A stretch of 59,069 nucleotides of DNA from positions 1 through 59,069 of IMG/VR virus record IMGVR_UViG_3300046532_001353; one strand, given 5' to 3'. Below the pieces are notes generated by a model that searched no databases, had not been told where the DNA came from, and saw only the letters and a program-made list of their open reading frames with translations. Source of the stretch: a virus. Taxonomy: Duplodnaviria; Caudoviricetes. Made by a program: the position numbers and the translations under genes. Below are positions 36,779 through 46,510 of the stretch, in pieces; positions within the stretch are counted from its first letter, which is position 1, and each line of letters begins with the position of its first letter.

Positions 36779-37566
36779 TGGCAACATTACCAATGATTAA
36801 CAAAGACAGTTATGTCACAGCAACTTTTGTTGATGCTGAAAGAAAAACTTTAGAAGTTTTAGTAAGGCATCATACAAATGAAAATGAAATGACACCAATT
36901 ATGATTGAGGCTGATGAAGAGCAACAGGATTTTAAAGATCTATTGGAGCTTGTTACTATTGATCAACTTCATGAACAAACATGGGAACAGAAAAAGTCAG
37001 AGAGTGAAGCTTTCATGGCTATGGCAAGGAATATTGCTAAGGAAGAATTTGCACAACAAGAGATGGCAGCGATAACAAACATCGCAGCAAGAGAAGATGA
37101 AACAATTGCAAAGGCTACCGAATCAGTGAATGCAGCTAGTGCTGCTAATGCTGCGGTTGACCAGAATACATTGTTGACAAAGACAAGAATCTATCCTACT
37201 ATTGTTGATACTATTTTTTCAAACATGGAAAATGAAGATCACTTATTTGCTTTAAAGCTTGCATTGTTTGAAGTACAAGAGATTAGAGAATCAACTGACA
37301 CAGCAACTAAGACAGCTTTAAGGAAAGGTAAAAATAAAATTGAAGTATTACAACACGCCTTTACGATTTGCGGTGTAAGAAGAATGGACACTGATGATAA
37401 GGCAGCTACTAAAGCTTCAGATAATGATGCAGCAATAAAAGAACTTGCAGCTTCTACTCAAGCAACTGATGGTGTTCCAGCTAGTGTTAAATTAACTACT
37501 GGTGCTATCTCTAAACAAAAGAAAGCTACAGTTAAAAAGACTACGGCAAAGAAGAAGAAGGCATAA
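36778..37566 (+). CDS. Hypothetical protein with a Lys/Ala-rich C-terminal tail
   Basis: Coupled TAATG start; acidic helical body; ends KQKKATVKKTTAKKKKA. Confidence 0.6.
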   Translation: MATLPMINKDSYVTATFVDAERKTLEVLVRHHTNENEMTPIMIEADEEQQDFKDLLELVTIDQLHEQTWEQKKSESEAFMAMARNIAKEEFAQQEMAAITNIAAREDETIAKATESVNAASAANAAVDQNTLLTKTRIYPTIVDTIFSNMENEDHLFALKLALFEVQEIRESTDTATKTALRKGKNKIEVLQHAFTICGVRRMDTDDKAATKASDNDAAIKELAASTQATDGVPASVKLTTGAISKQKKATVKKTTAKKKKA

Positions 37567-38122
37567 AATATTTAGACCACCAGCCGGTCCAGCCTTCTTC
37601 CATTAAGTGGTGTAGTTGACCTAACGTAACTATACCCATCGCAGCATGCGGTGTAGTTGTATTAATCTTTGGGCATACTGGATCAAATATATTATATTCT
37701 ATTTCTTTATAATAAAACTCATCACTACCTAAATTATATTTTTCCATATAGACATCTGCATATGGCCAGAACTTTTCCCATATATGAGATACATCACCAG
37801 TCCAAGAAACAATAGATGAGTTGAGAGGTGTATGGCCAAAGTCTGGTCTCCACCACTTATCATCTAACAATGTAAATTCTTCTCTCCATAAGTTTGGTAA
37901 CCTCTTATAGATAACCACATCTAAATCAAAATATAGATTCTGACCATCTCTATACTTGTCATACATCTGGAATTTATTATACCAGTTACCATATAAGTCT
38001 TCTTCGATAACTACAAACTCATCATACTCTATACCTGAATAAGTATCTATCATATGCTTTAAGTTATCAACATGCCATTGAGTAAACTTATCACCGAATC
38101 TGCAACATATTATTCTCTTCAT
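37541..38122 (-). CDS. Glycosyltransferase-like protein (GT-A, DxD)
   Basis: IICCRFGDKF..WHV..L..M, WYNKF, LYFDLDVVI, NSSIVSW, GSDEF. Confidence 0.7.
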   Translation of the reverse strand: MKRIICCRFGDKFTQWHVDNLKHMIDTYSGIEYDEFVVIEEDLYGNWYNKFQMYDKYRDGQNLYFDLDVVIYKRLPNLWREEFTLLDDKWWRPDFGHTPLNSSIVSWTGDVSHIWEKFWPYADVYMEKYNLGSDEFYYKEIEYNIFDPVCPKINTTTPHAAMGIVTLGQLHHLMEEGWTGWWSKYFMPSSSLP

Positions 38123-38904
38123 TTCCAGTTATCTTCAATCCATTTAAAGTTATGTTCATGTATAGTTTCCTTTGGGCCTAGGAAATGTACTACTTTAATC
38201 TTTGTATTCACATCATCTAAAATCATGTAATCAGCATCAAATGATTTACAATACTTTTGATTAAGTTTAACATTTTTAAAATAGTCTTTCTTTGCACCAT
38301 GATATTTAGCTATCCATTCAGGTGGTGTCTTAGTTATTTTAGTTGGTTTAGATCTATCATCCCAAACCACTTTCCAATTAACATAATTTTGTTCTCCATA
38401 ATATTTGAAATGAACAACATTATCTTTATACCATTTCGTTTGCCAATATTCAGGATTTGTAATAAAGTCATCCCATACAAATGCTAAACTTCCAGATTTA
38501 AATTTATAAAACCCACCGTTTGTTTCTAATGCTAATCCCTGCTCTACTATCTCATCTGAATTCCACCATACACCATAAGTAATTAATTCACCTTCTTCTA
38601 CAGGGTGTCCTATAAGATCATCAACATTACTCGTAATCACTTGGTCAATATCCATTACTATAATATCATCACCTGGAATTTGATATGCATAGTTAGGAGA
38701 AAAGAATTTTAGCTTATGCCAATGTAATTTGACAGGGCTATTACGATTATATGGTAGTACTATATCTGCTTCAACATTAGGATCATCACTGATGCATATA
38801 GATTGGAATTGAATGCTTGAGTTTCTTCTTATACTTCTAAATAGTTTCCCTACATAATCAGGAGTATACTTATCTCCAAAGTACACTGTACATATCTTAA
38901 GCAT
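38119..38904 (-). CDS. Glycosyltransferase-like protein (GT-A, DxD)
   Basis: ICTVYFGDKY..DYV.KL, HWHKL.FF, VMDIDQVI, NGGFY, GEQNYV, VVHFLG. The probable start is the ATG at 38904, overlapping the upstream stop, rather than 38928. Confidence 0.7.
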   Translation of the reverse strand: MLKICTVYFGDKYTPDYVGKLFRSIRRNSSIQFQSICISDDPNVEADIVLPYNRNSPVKLHWHKLKFFSPNYAYQIPGDDIIVMDIDQVITSNVDDLIGHPVEEGELITYGVWWNSDEIVEQGLALETNGGFYKFKSGSLAFVWDDFITNPEYWQTKWYKDNVVHFKYYGEQNYVNWKVVWDDRSKPTKITKTPPEWIAKYHGAKKDYFKNVKLNQKYCKSFDADYMILDDVNTKIKVVHFLGPKETIHEHNFKWIEDNWK

Positions 38905-39757
38905 TGTATGCTCTCCATACACAATCAAAGTCTTTACAAATTGCGTGTACTATCTTTGTTTGTTTTGGAATGAACCCTTGTCTATCAAAGAAGTAATGCC
39001 ATTCATCATCAAGCCATTGTACAGATATCTCATTAACTTGTAATTTATAAGAAAAAATAGTTTCATTATCATACATAAACATATCAAGAATATTCTGAGG
39101 ATATAAACCAGTTGCAGCATACCCATCGCTTTTTAATGATGTCATTAATTCTATTATATGTCTAAACCCACCAAAGTAATCTAGCTCTTTTACTTGTTCT
39201 TTAGTTGCACCAATGATTCCAGTATTGATTACATTATTAGCATGAGGGTAACCACCATCTATTAACATAGCTTGACAATTATAATATTTTGCTGATGGAC
39301 TTCTAATACTATGATTAACTCTTAAGTTTTTATTAATAGCATTGTTATTATGAAGAACACACATACCCTTTGATAGATCCCAAGCATCGAAGAAACTTTC
39401 ATCAGTTAAAGGTACTGCATCAAAATCTAAATATAAAATTTCATCATACTCTTTTGCTAGTTCATTAAGAGCATATATCTTATAAAAGTTTATTACTTCA
39501 TACCCAGTAAACTCTGGAAAGTCTGAAGTAAATTGTTGTTGCCATTTTATATACTCATCATTATAAGTATACATCTTAAAGTCTGCACCAATCTTATAGG
39601 CGTAAGCTTCTTTAGAGTCAACTAATTTATTGTAATGTTCTTTAAAAGCATTAACAGTTTCTTTTGCTTTCTTTACTGTATCATTTTTATTTTTTGAGTT
39701 GCCGAAATGTTGAGTTGCTGGTATGTCAACATAAATACTATATACTATTCTTTTCAT
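38897..39757 (-). CDS. Glycosyltransferase-like protein (GT-A, DxD)
   Basis: YDEILYLDFDA, INTGII, DNETIF, WLDDEWH, IVHAICK. Confidence 0.7.
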   Translation of the reverse strand: MKRIVYSIYVDIPATQHFGNSKNKNDTVKKAKETVNAFKEHYNKLVDSKEAYAYKIGADFKMYTYNDEYIKWQQQFTSDFPEFTGYEVINFYKIYALNELAKEYDEILYLDFDAVPLTDESFFDAWDLSKGMCVLHNNNAINKNLRVNHSIRSPSAKYYNCQAMLIDGGYPHANNVINTGIIGATKEQVKELDYFGGFRHIIELMTSLKSDGYAATGLYPQNILDMFMYDNETIFSYKLQVNEISVQWLDDEWHYFFDRQGFIPKQTKIVHAICKDFDCVWRAYNA

Positions 39758-40467
39758 AACTTTCCTATTAATAGGTATCTAGTACCTCTCTCATCTTCTA
39801 ATTCATCCTCTACTAAAACATTTGCTTCAGTAGGTAGTTGTCCTTTAAATTCTTCTATACTATTTACGCAATTAATATGACCTGGTATATCAAACATATT
39901 ATTAGAAGTAAAAGCAAAGTGAGCAGGTTTAACTCTAGTCCACCAAGGATTTTTATATTTCATTCCTCGTTCTTTATTCATCACTCCCCATTCATTCATA
40001 GGTAACATATGTTCGCATGAAGTATTGATAAATATATCTGCAGTGTCAAACATATCTCTATACTTTTCAAATGCATCACCAGTTATCCAAGTAATCTTAT
40101 TATGATTATCGAATAAACGATTATCACCAATCGTAATAGCTTGGTCGTCTATATCAATTGCAGTTATCTTTTTAACTTTATCATGTAGTAATGGTATAAG
40201 AATACTTCCATACCAACAACCAAATATAACAACTTCAGTATCTTTGTTTAAAAGATCTAGTTTATCTAAGTTATTAACTAATAGTGATTTAGCTTTAAAT
40301 TGATTTTCACTATACGAATCAAATATATCTTCTTTACGATCAGGCTCATGTTCAAATATAGTAAATATACTATCAAGTAATTTAAAATTTAAACCTCCAC
40401 CTTGGTTAGATACTTTTAATATATTTTTAATATATGTTAATTCATCTCTTTCTAACATTAGCTCCAC
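39754..40467 (-). CDS. Class I SAM-dependent methyltransferase
   Basis: VVIFGCWYG (motif I), ITAIDID, INTSCEHM. Confidence 0.75.
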   Translation of the reverse strand: MELMLERDELTYIKNILKVSNQGGGLNFKLLDSIFTIFEHEPDRKEDIFDSYSENQFKAKSLLVNNLDKLDLLNKDTEVVIFGCWYGSILIPLLHDKVKKITAIDIDDQAITIGDNRLFDNHNKITWITGDAFEKYRDMFDTADIFINTSCEHMLPMNEWGVMNKERGMKYKNPWWTRVKPAHFAFTSNNMFDIPGHINCVNSIEEFKGQLPTEANVLVEDELEDERGTRYLLIGKL

Positions 40468-42038
40468 CCATCATGAGTTACTTTTTTAATTAACATCCAA
40501 TCATTAATTACTAATATATCTATAGCAGATTCTCTAAAGGTTCTGATAGCATGCCATGGCTCTTCTACAATAGGTTCTTGAGAATTAAAGCTAGTATTTA
40601 ATAACATAGGTATACCTGTTACTTTATAAAACTCATTAATGATATCATAGTACTTCTCATTTTGTTCTCTATTAACTGTTTGTATTCTTGCTGTTCCATC
40701 AACGTGTGTAACACCAGGAATCTTATCGGATATGACCGGCATAATTCTTGACATATATGGAGATGGTTGATTCGTATCAAAGTATTCTTGATAATGTTCT
40801 TCCATTACACTAGGAGCAAATGGTCTAAAGTCTTCTCTCATTTTAATTGAACTATTAATAATTTCTTTTATATCAGGATTACGTGGGTCTGCTAGTATAC
40901 TTCTATTACCTAATGCTCTATTGCCACTCTCAGATTTACCTTGAAACCAACCAACTGTTTTACCATTAGCAATTGCTTTAGCAACTCTTTTCATATTAAG
41001 AGGTTGCCAGAATAGTTGTTCATATCCCCATTCGAATTCTTCATCTTTATTAGGTTTCCAATCATAAGCTTTACCAGCATATGTACTTACTGCATGTTTG
41101 TTACCATTCAATACATAGTTAGCATGTTGGTATGCACCACAGGCTTGACCTTCATCACCTACAGCTGGAGGTACGAAAACATTTTCCCATGTCTTAGTAA
41201 ACTCTTCATTCATATATCCATTATAAGATACACCGCCAGCAACGCAAAGATTATTTGAAGACTTAAGAGGATAAACAAATTCTTTTATTTTATCCATTGT
41301 AAATAACTGAAGCGTATATGCTAGATCTTCTTTCCTATATCTCCTTAAGTCTATGTGTTCAAATTTCTCTTGCTTCTTTTCTGTTATAGGGCCTGACAGT
41401 ATTGTTTCAAATATTTCATAGAAGTAATCATTCCTTTGACCATAAGCAGATAGTCCCATAAGTTTCCCTGCGCCTAATGTACCAAATCCTGTTAGGTTTG
41501 ACATGTGATTCCATAACCAACCAATAGGTAATACATCTGATAGGTTAGTCATCTTTCCATCTCTATCAAAGAAGCAACATCTATATCTATTTCCAATACC
41601 ATCGATAGCTAAGCAGTCTGATTGTTCAAAGCCTGAATTCATAAAGGCGTATGTAGCATGTGATTGATGATGATCTATAAAGTATATACCATCTTTATAA
41701 TAATGATCCCATAAGTTTTTAGGTTGCCAATCAAATATCTCGTCATGGTCTTTTAATATACCTTCAAGTAATTCTGGCTTTGACATTCTTACACCGCCAT
41801 AAGTATAAGTAAATGCTAAGACACCATCATCAGGTTTCTTAAAATATTCTTTTGTAAATTCATCATTCAACCTGTAATCATTAGTGTTTAATATATCTGA
41901 TTGATGAGCATAAGCTTCTGCATGGTAAGGTAAGTTATGCTTAAACCTTGTTTGTCTTTCTCTTTGATTATGCCATACTCCATCATATGTATTATGATCG
42001 TGTAGGTTGAGTGCTACACCCATTATTTTTTTATTCAT
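40458..42038 (-). CDS. O-carbamoyltransferase (NodU/CmcH/TobZ family)
   Basis: LHD, DHHQSHA, AIDGIG, GKLMGLSAYG, AGGVSYN, PAVGDEG, RALGNRSILADPR, REDFRPFAPS, HVDGTARIQTV, LLNTSFN. Confidence 0.93.
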   Translation of the reverse strand: MNKKIMGVALNLHDHNTYDGVWHNQRERQTRFKHNLPYHAEAYAHQSDILNTNDYRLNDEFTKEYFKKPDDGVLAFTYTYGGVRMSKPELLEGILKDHDEIFDWQPKNLWDHYYKDGIYFIDHHQSHATYAFMNSGFEQSDCLAIDGIGNRYRCCFFDRDGKMTNLSDVLPIGWLWNHMSNLTGFGTLGAGKLMGLSAYGQRNDYFYEIFETILSGPITEKKQEKFEHIDLRRYRKEDLAYTLQLFTMDKIKEFVYPLKSSNNLCVAGGVSYNGYMNEEFTKTWENVFVPPAVGDEGQACGAYQHANYVLNGNKHAVSTYAGKAYDWKPNKDEEFEWGYEQLFWQPLNMKRVAKAIANGKTVGWFQGKSESGNRALGNRSILADPRNPDIKEIINSSIKMREDFRPFAPSVMEEHYQEYFDTNQPSPYMSRIMPVISDKIPGVTHVDGTARIQTVNREQNEKYYDIINEFYKVTGIPMLLNTSFNSQEPIVEEPWHAIRTFRESAIDILVINDWMLIKKVTHDGWS

Positions 42039-42870
42039 TTAGTATGCTCGCATATTTTTTAATATTAAAATGTCCTTTCGGCTGTACATATTCTGTACAT
42101 GTCTTACAATAGTTTTCATATTTAAATAATCTGAAGTTCATCATCTTATCTATATTCTCTTGACTGATCTCAAATTCTTTAGAGGTGATTGCATTGTTAG
42201 CAAACTTCTTACTGCAATGAACTATGTTTTGATTTTCAAAGTTAATAACAGGCACCATAGGAAATGCTGCACACATCTTCCTATCTATCTCTGCAGCCTG
42301 TTTAGTTATTTGTATCTCACCAAAATCAGGTGCCCTACCATTAAACTCTTTCCATAATGTATTTTTATTATCTAATTGTTTCATCGCTTCAGGATATAAA
42401 TGTTTATACTTCTCAAAGTTAGGTGTCTTAATAACTAAGTTATAATTATTCATATCATTCTCTTGATGATATTCATAATTGGGATTTCCTAACAACGTGA
42501 TTTCATCTTCATAAAAATCTAATATCATATGCTCAACATATATTATATCGGGATCTGTTAATACTTGCGGCCATCTTCTTCTTACTGTTGAGTTAGATAA
42601 TACCTCACATACATGATTAGGATTGCTTTTAATTTCTGCAATGACTTCATCTAAGTTCTTAACTAACCCAGGCTCACCACCAAGTAAGTTACATCTTACT
42701 TTATAGTTTCTTAAATAGTGTAAGGTACTCCTTAAGAAATCCATGTCAACTGTTAGGTTCCTTTGTTCCAGAGTATAGCTGGTACAATAATGACAATCCT
42801 TATTACAAGTCATTGTCAAAAAGAAGTCTATTGCTAGATAATTATTCTGTACGTCTATTAATTTTATCAT
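42031..42870 (-). CDS. Radical SAM protein with C-terminal auxiliary Cys cluster
   Basis: CNKDCHYC, LLGGEP, C-terminal C..HC..CKTC. Confidence 0.85.
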   Translation of the reverse strand: MIKLIDVQNNYLAIDFFLTMTCNKDCHYCTSYTLEQRNLTVDMDFLRSTLHYLRNYKVRCNLLGGEPGLVKNLDEVIAEIKSNPNHVCEVLSNSTVRRRWPQVLTDPDIIYVEHMILDFYEDEITLLGNPNYEYHQENDMNNYNLVIKTPNFEKYKHLYPEAMKQLDNKNTLWKEFNGRAPDFGEIQITKQAAEIDRKMCAAFPMVPVINFENQNIVHCSKKFANNAITSKEFEISQENIDKMMNFRLFKYENYCKTCTEYVQPKGHFNIKKYASILNE

Positions 42871-43144
42871 AAAAGAATTTGTTAAATGCTATTAGTAATT
42901 TTTCTTTGGATTTTTCTTTAAACGGAACATCATTCCATTTTGCGTAGTCTGGCATAGTATACATTTTTTCAACTAGATAAGAATATATAGGTTCAACCGG
43001 TTCAATTAAATCTTCATTAAAGATGACATCATCTATTACAAGTTTCATAGTTATACATAACTGTTCTAAAGGCGCATCATCTATTTCCACCATGTTAGCT
43101 TTCTCATCAATTAAAACAATCTTATTGTTTATTATTTCTATCAT
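42842..43144 (-). CDS. Hypothetical protein
   Basis: 100 aa ORF overlapping both neighbours in the operon. Confidence 0.6.
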   Translation of the reverse strand: MIEIINNKIVLIDEKANMVEIDDAPLEQLCITMKLVIDDVIFNEDLIEPVEPIYSYLVEKMYTMPDYAKWNDVPFKEKSKEKLLIAFNKFFYDKINRRTE

Positions 43145-44208
43145 GCCATTATCATTATAGTATTATAGACTTCACTTATTTCTTCATCAGTTAAATATGG
43201 ATGCATAGGTAATGTAAGTATTGTATCACTTATTAGTTTTGAATTTGGGCAGTCATCTTTTCTATGTACAATATTATCATACATTGGATTTTCAGATATA
43301 GGTCTAGGATAATGTATACTACTTCCTTCTATTTTTTCTTTTATAGAATCTCTTATTTCTTTACTCTTAAACCTCACAACGTATTTGTGGTAAGTGTGGT
43401 CTAAGCCATCAGCTTCATTTATAATAATAATATCATTTACGTTTTTAAGTTCTTCATTATATTTCTCAGCAATGACCTGTCTTTGGAAATTCCATTTATC
43501 CATCTTTGTTAATCTAAAATTAATAAAGTCAGCATTCATACCAAGCATCTTAGAATTATATCCTAGTACTTCATGTTCACCATGCTTTCTTAATTTTCTA
43601 AATAACACCGCTTCTTCTTTGTTATCAGTGAGTACACAACCTCCACCAGCTATACCAGCAATTTGTTTATTAGCATTAAAACTTAATGTACTAATATCTC
43701 CTATTGAACCTGCCATTGTTCTATTTAAACTAGAACCTAATGCTTGACATGCATCTTCAATAAAGACAATACCATTCTCTTTACAAAAAGCTTGTATCTC
43801 TGTTGTGTCAGATATACTTCCGAATAAGAATGGATAAACAATTGCTTTTGTTTTATCACTCACCATATTAAGAATACTATCAAACGATATATGATATGTA
43901 TCTAAATCCACATCACAAAATACAGGAGTAGCTCCAGCTAAAGATACACATGATGCTGATGATATCCAAGAGAAGTTAGTAACTAATACTTCATCATCAG
44001 GTTTAAGATCTAAACTCAATAAAGAAAAAGTTAAAGCATCAGTTCCACTACTACAAGCAACTGCAAACTTTCTACCAGTTAATTCTTTTAACTTCTTCTC
44101 AAGAAATTCTATATTCCTTTCTTGTTCTTTTTGCATTGAGCTATCAAAGAGTTTTAAATACTCTTCTTTATTTTCTAAATATTCTCTATCCCAACCTGTC
44201 ATATACAA
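43141..44208 (-). CDS. DegT/DnrJ/EryC1/StrS family PLP-dependent sugar aminotransferase
   Basis: ACSSGTDAL, GATPVFCDVD, IEDACQALG, SFNANK (PLP lysine), GYNSKM, LTLPMHP.L. Confidence 0.93.
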   Translation of the reverse strand: MYMTGWDREYLENKEEYLKLFDSSMQKEQERNIEFLEKKLKELTGRKFAVACSSGTDALTFSLLSLDLKPDDEVLVTNFSWISSASCVSLAGATPVFCDVDLDTYHISFDSILNMVSDKTKAIVYPFLFGSISDTTEIQAFCKENGIVFIEDACQALGSSLNRTMAGSIGDISTLSFNANKQIAGIAGGGCVLTDNKEEAVLFRKLRKHGEHEVLGYNSKMLGMNADFINFRLTKMDKWNFQRQVIAEKYNEELKNVNDIIIINEADGLDHTYHKYVVRFKSKEIRDSIKEKIEGSSIHYPRPISENPMYDNIVHRKDDCPNSKLISDTILTLPMHPYLTDEEISEVYNTIMIMA

Positions 44209-44992
44209 CCTCCACCTGTTTCTTTATCCATTCCATTAATCTTTCCTGCCCTTTAGCATTAGGGTGTGCATCTATATTAGATATAACCCAATCCTTTTCA
44301 TTTGTTGTTCCCCACCCAAGTAATTTATATTCTAACGTGTACCCTCCAAGTTCTTTAGTTAATGGCCAGCCTGGAAATTTCTCTTTATCGATAAGCTTAT
44401 CATATTCTTTATATATTCTCAATACATTTGAATTACTTTTTTCAGGATCTCCAAATGGAAATGGTGTACACTCACCTTCTGGAGCTCCAGCGAATACTTC
44501 ATTTTCAGTAGGCTGTAATCCTTCTAAGAATTGTCTATATGGATGTAGCATACCAAATTGCATATAGGGAATGTCATGCCTTTCACATAATATTTGAAAT
44601 GACATTATTAATCTAAGACTTTTACGTGCCCAAAATTGTAAGTCACCATTACCATTGATTCTTTTACTATGCCAACTATATCTATTATTAGTATCTTTCC
44701 AAGCTATATGACCTCTAGATATTTGATAATCTAATCTATTAATTTGTGTCCATGCAGGTATAACCATTCCTATTCTAGATTTGTCTTCCATACTTAAAAT
44801 TTCATTCTGTAATCTTGAATATATATATTCGTTCCCTGAGCCAGAATTAGATAAATTAATAATATCCATATCCCACTTTTCTGCTAATAGTTCTGGCCAC
44901 TTAGGCCAAGATACATCCATGTCTGGGTGAGCACCTGATCTAAAAGATGTATCACAATAACTATCTCCACATACTATTAATAATTTTTTCAT
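44186..44992 (-). CDS. SGNH/GDSL-hydrolase-like protein
   Basis: CGDSY, WPELLA, NLS.SGSGN, DAHPNAKG. Confidence 0.7.
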   Translation of the reverse strand: MKKLLIVCGDSYCDTSFRSGAHPDMDVSWPKWPELLAEKWDMDIINLSNSGSGNEYIYSRLQNEILSMEDKSRIGMVIPAWTQINRLDYQISRGHIAWKDTNNRYSWHSKRINGNGDLQFWARKSLRLIMSFQILCERHDIPYMQFGMLHPYRQFLEGLQPTENEVFAGAPEGECTPFPFGDPEKSNSNVLRIYKEYDKLIDKEKFPGWPLTKELGGYTLEYKLLGWGTTNEKDWVISNIDAHPNAKGQERLMEWIKKQVEVVYDRLG

Positions 44993-45753
44993 ATAAATCC
45001 TTTTAAAAATTCTGCTATTGCTTTTTGTCCTTCTGCATTTGGATGACCATCAGCTTCTGATATAACTAATTTTTTTTCTAATGTTTCTTTGAGCGTGTGT
45101 CCTAATACTTTATTCTGTATAGAAAACCCACCTATATTTTCTGATATTGGCCATCCTATAAACCTACTAGTATCTATAATATTCTCAAAAGATAGTATAA
45201 TACTTAAACACCTCTCTACGGAATCTAATTCTTTTGCAAAGTTATGATACTCATCACTAATATATACTTTTTTGCCAGGCTTATTATAATTCTGATTATG
45301 TGCTCTATAGTAATCTTCAAATAAATGTCCTGTCTGAAATTGTATATATGGTAAGTCATACCTTTCACAAAGTATTTGCAAGCTTTGATAGTTTCTTAAA
45401 CTTTTTCGTGTCTGACCTTCTGGAGGAGCATGTTTGTCAAAGCCTAATGACCTCCATGAATATTTATGATTACCATCTGCGGTTGTGTTTTGCCAATCTC
45501 TTCTTTGACCTTGAGACCAACCAGCTATAACTAAACCTATTTCATCTTTAGGGGTTTTAGTAATTTCATCTAACAATGTTGAGTATACAAAGTCATTACC
45601 CATTCCACCTCTAGCTAAACAAACTAATTCCATATCTAAATATTCAGCTATATACTCTGGCCACTTACGCCAAGACGTATCCATTTCAGGATGTGATGAA
45701 GACCTAAACTCTAAGTCTGAAACACTGTCTCCGCTAACTATAAGTTTTTTCAT
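44989..45753 (-). CDS. SGNH/GDSL-hydrolase-like protein
   Basis: SGDSV, WPEYIA, GGMGN, DGHPNAEG. Confidence 0.7.
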   Translation of the reverse strand: MKKLIVSGDSVSDLEFRSSSHPEMDTSWRKWPEYIAEYLDMELVCLARGGMGNDFVYSTLLDEITKTPKDEIGLVIAGWSQGQRRDWQNTTADGNHKYSWRSLGFDKHAPPEGQTRKSLRNYQSLQILCERYDLPYIQFQTGHLFEDYYRAHNQNYNKPGKKVYISDEYHNFAKELDSVERCLSIILSFENIIDTSRFIGWPISENIGGFSIQNKVLGHTLKETLEKKLVISEADGHPNAEGQKAIAEFLKGFI

Positions 45754-46510
45754 AATGCTTAAATAAAGTTTGTGCTATTAATTCGTGCCCTCCAGCATTA
45801 GGGTGATTATCAGCTTCTGATATTACATAATGGTTAGGCCATTCACCAAACAATGATATATTGAGAGATTCATTTTTCCAAAACAAACAATTATCTATAA
45901 GAGGATCATAGTCATCATATATTTTTTCAATCTCTTTTAATACTTTAGCTTTATCTCCAGAATATGATACTGAATCTTTTTCTCTATCTAACCCGTCATA
46001 TATTATTTGTTGTTCAGTAGGAGGCAATCCTCTAATATACTCTATATACATAGGTATCATTTGAACATGCATAAATTTTAGTGCTTCACTATTGCATAAG
46101 GTTTGAAAGTCAAGATAATAGTTTAAACTTTCATGTAACCATCCAAGTATATCACCATCCTTTTTTATTGGCATTCTTTCATGGCGCCACCTACCATATT
46201 TTCCAAATTGCCAATCTGTTCTAAAACCTTGTGACCATCCAGCTATGATTAATCCTATTCTGTCATTATGAATAGGTGTGTATGTTTTACCGTTATACTT
46301 TTTTGGATGCTTTAGAATAAAATCTCGTAGTGATGAATAGATATAATTATTCCCTGTGCCTGATCTTCCTAGGTTAATACAATCCATATCTAATTTCTCA
46401 GCTAGTAGTTCTGGCCACTTTGGCCAAGAGCAATCTAGAAGTGGATGAGAAGCTGAACGATTGAATGGATCGGTGAAGCTATCACCGGAAACTAGTAAGA
46501 CTTTTCTCAT
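45734..46510 (-). CDS. SGNH/GDSL-hydrolase-like protein
   Basis: SGDSF, WPELLA, SGTGN, DNHPNAGG. Confidence 0.7.
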   Translation of the reverse strand: MRKVLLVSGDSFTDPFNRSASHPLLDCSWPKWPELLAEKLDMDCINLGRSGTGNNYIYSSLRDFILKHPKKYNGKTYTPIHNDRIGLIIAGWSQGFRTDWQFGKYGRWRHERMPIKKDGDILGWLHESLNYYLDFQTLCNSEALKFMHVQMIPMYIEYIRGLPPTEQQIIYDGLDREKDSVSYSGDKAKVLKEIEKIYDDYDPLIDNCLFWKNESLNISLFGEWPNHYVISEADNHPNAGGHELIAQTLFKHYEKTYS

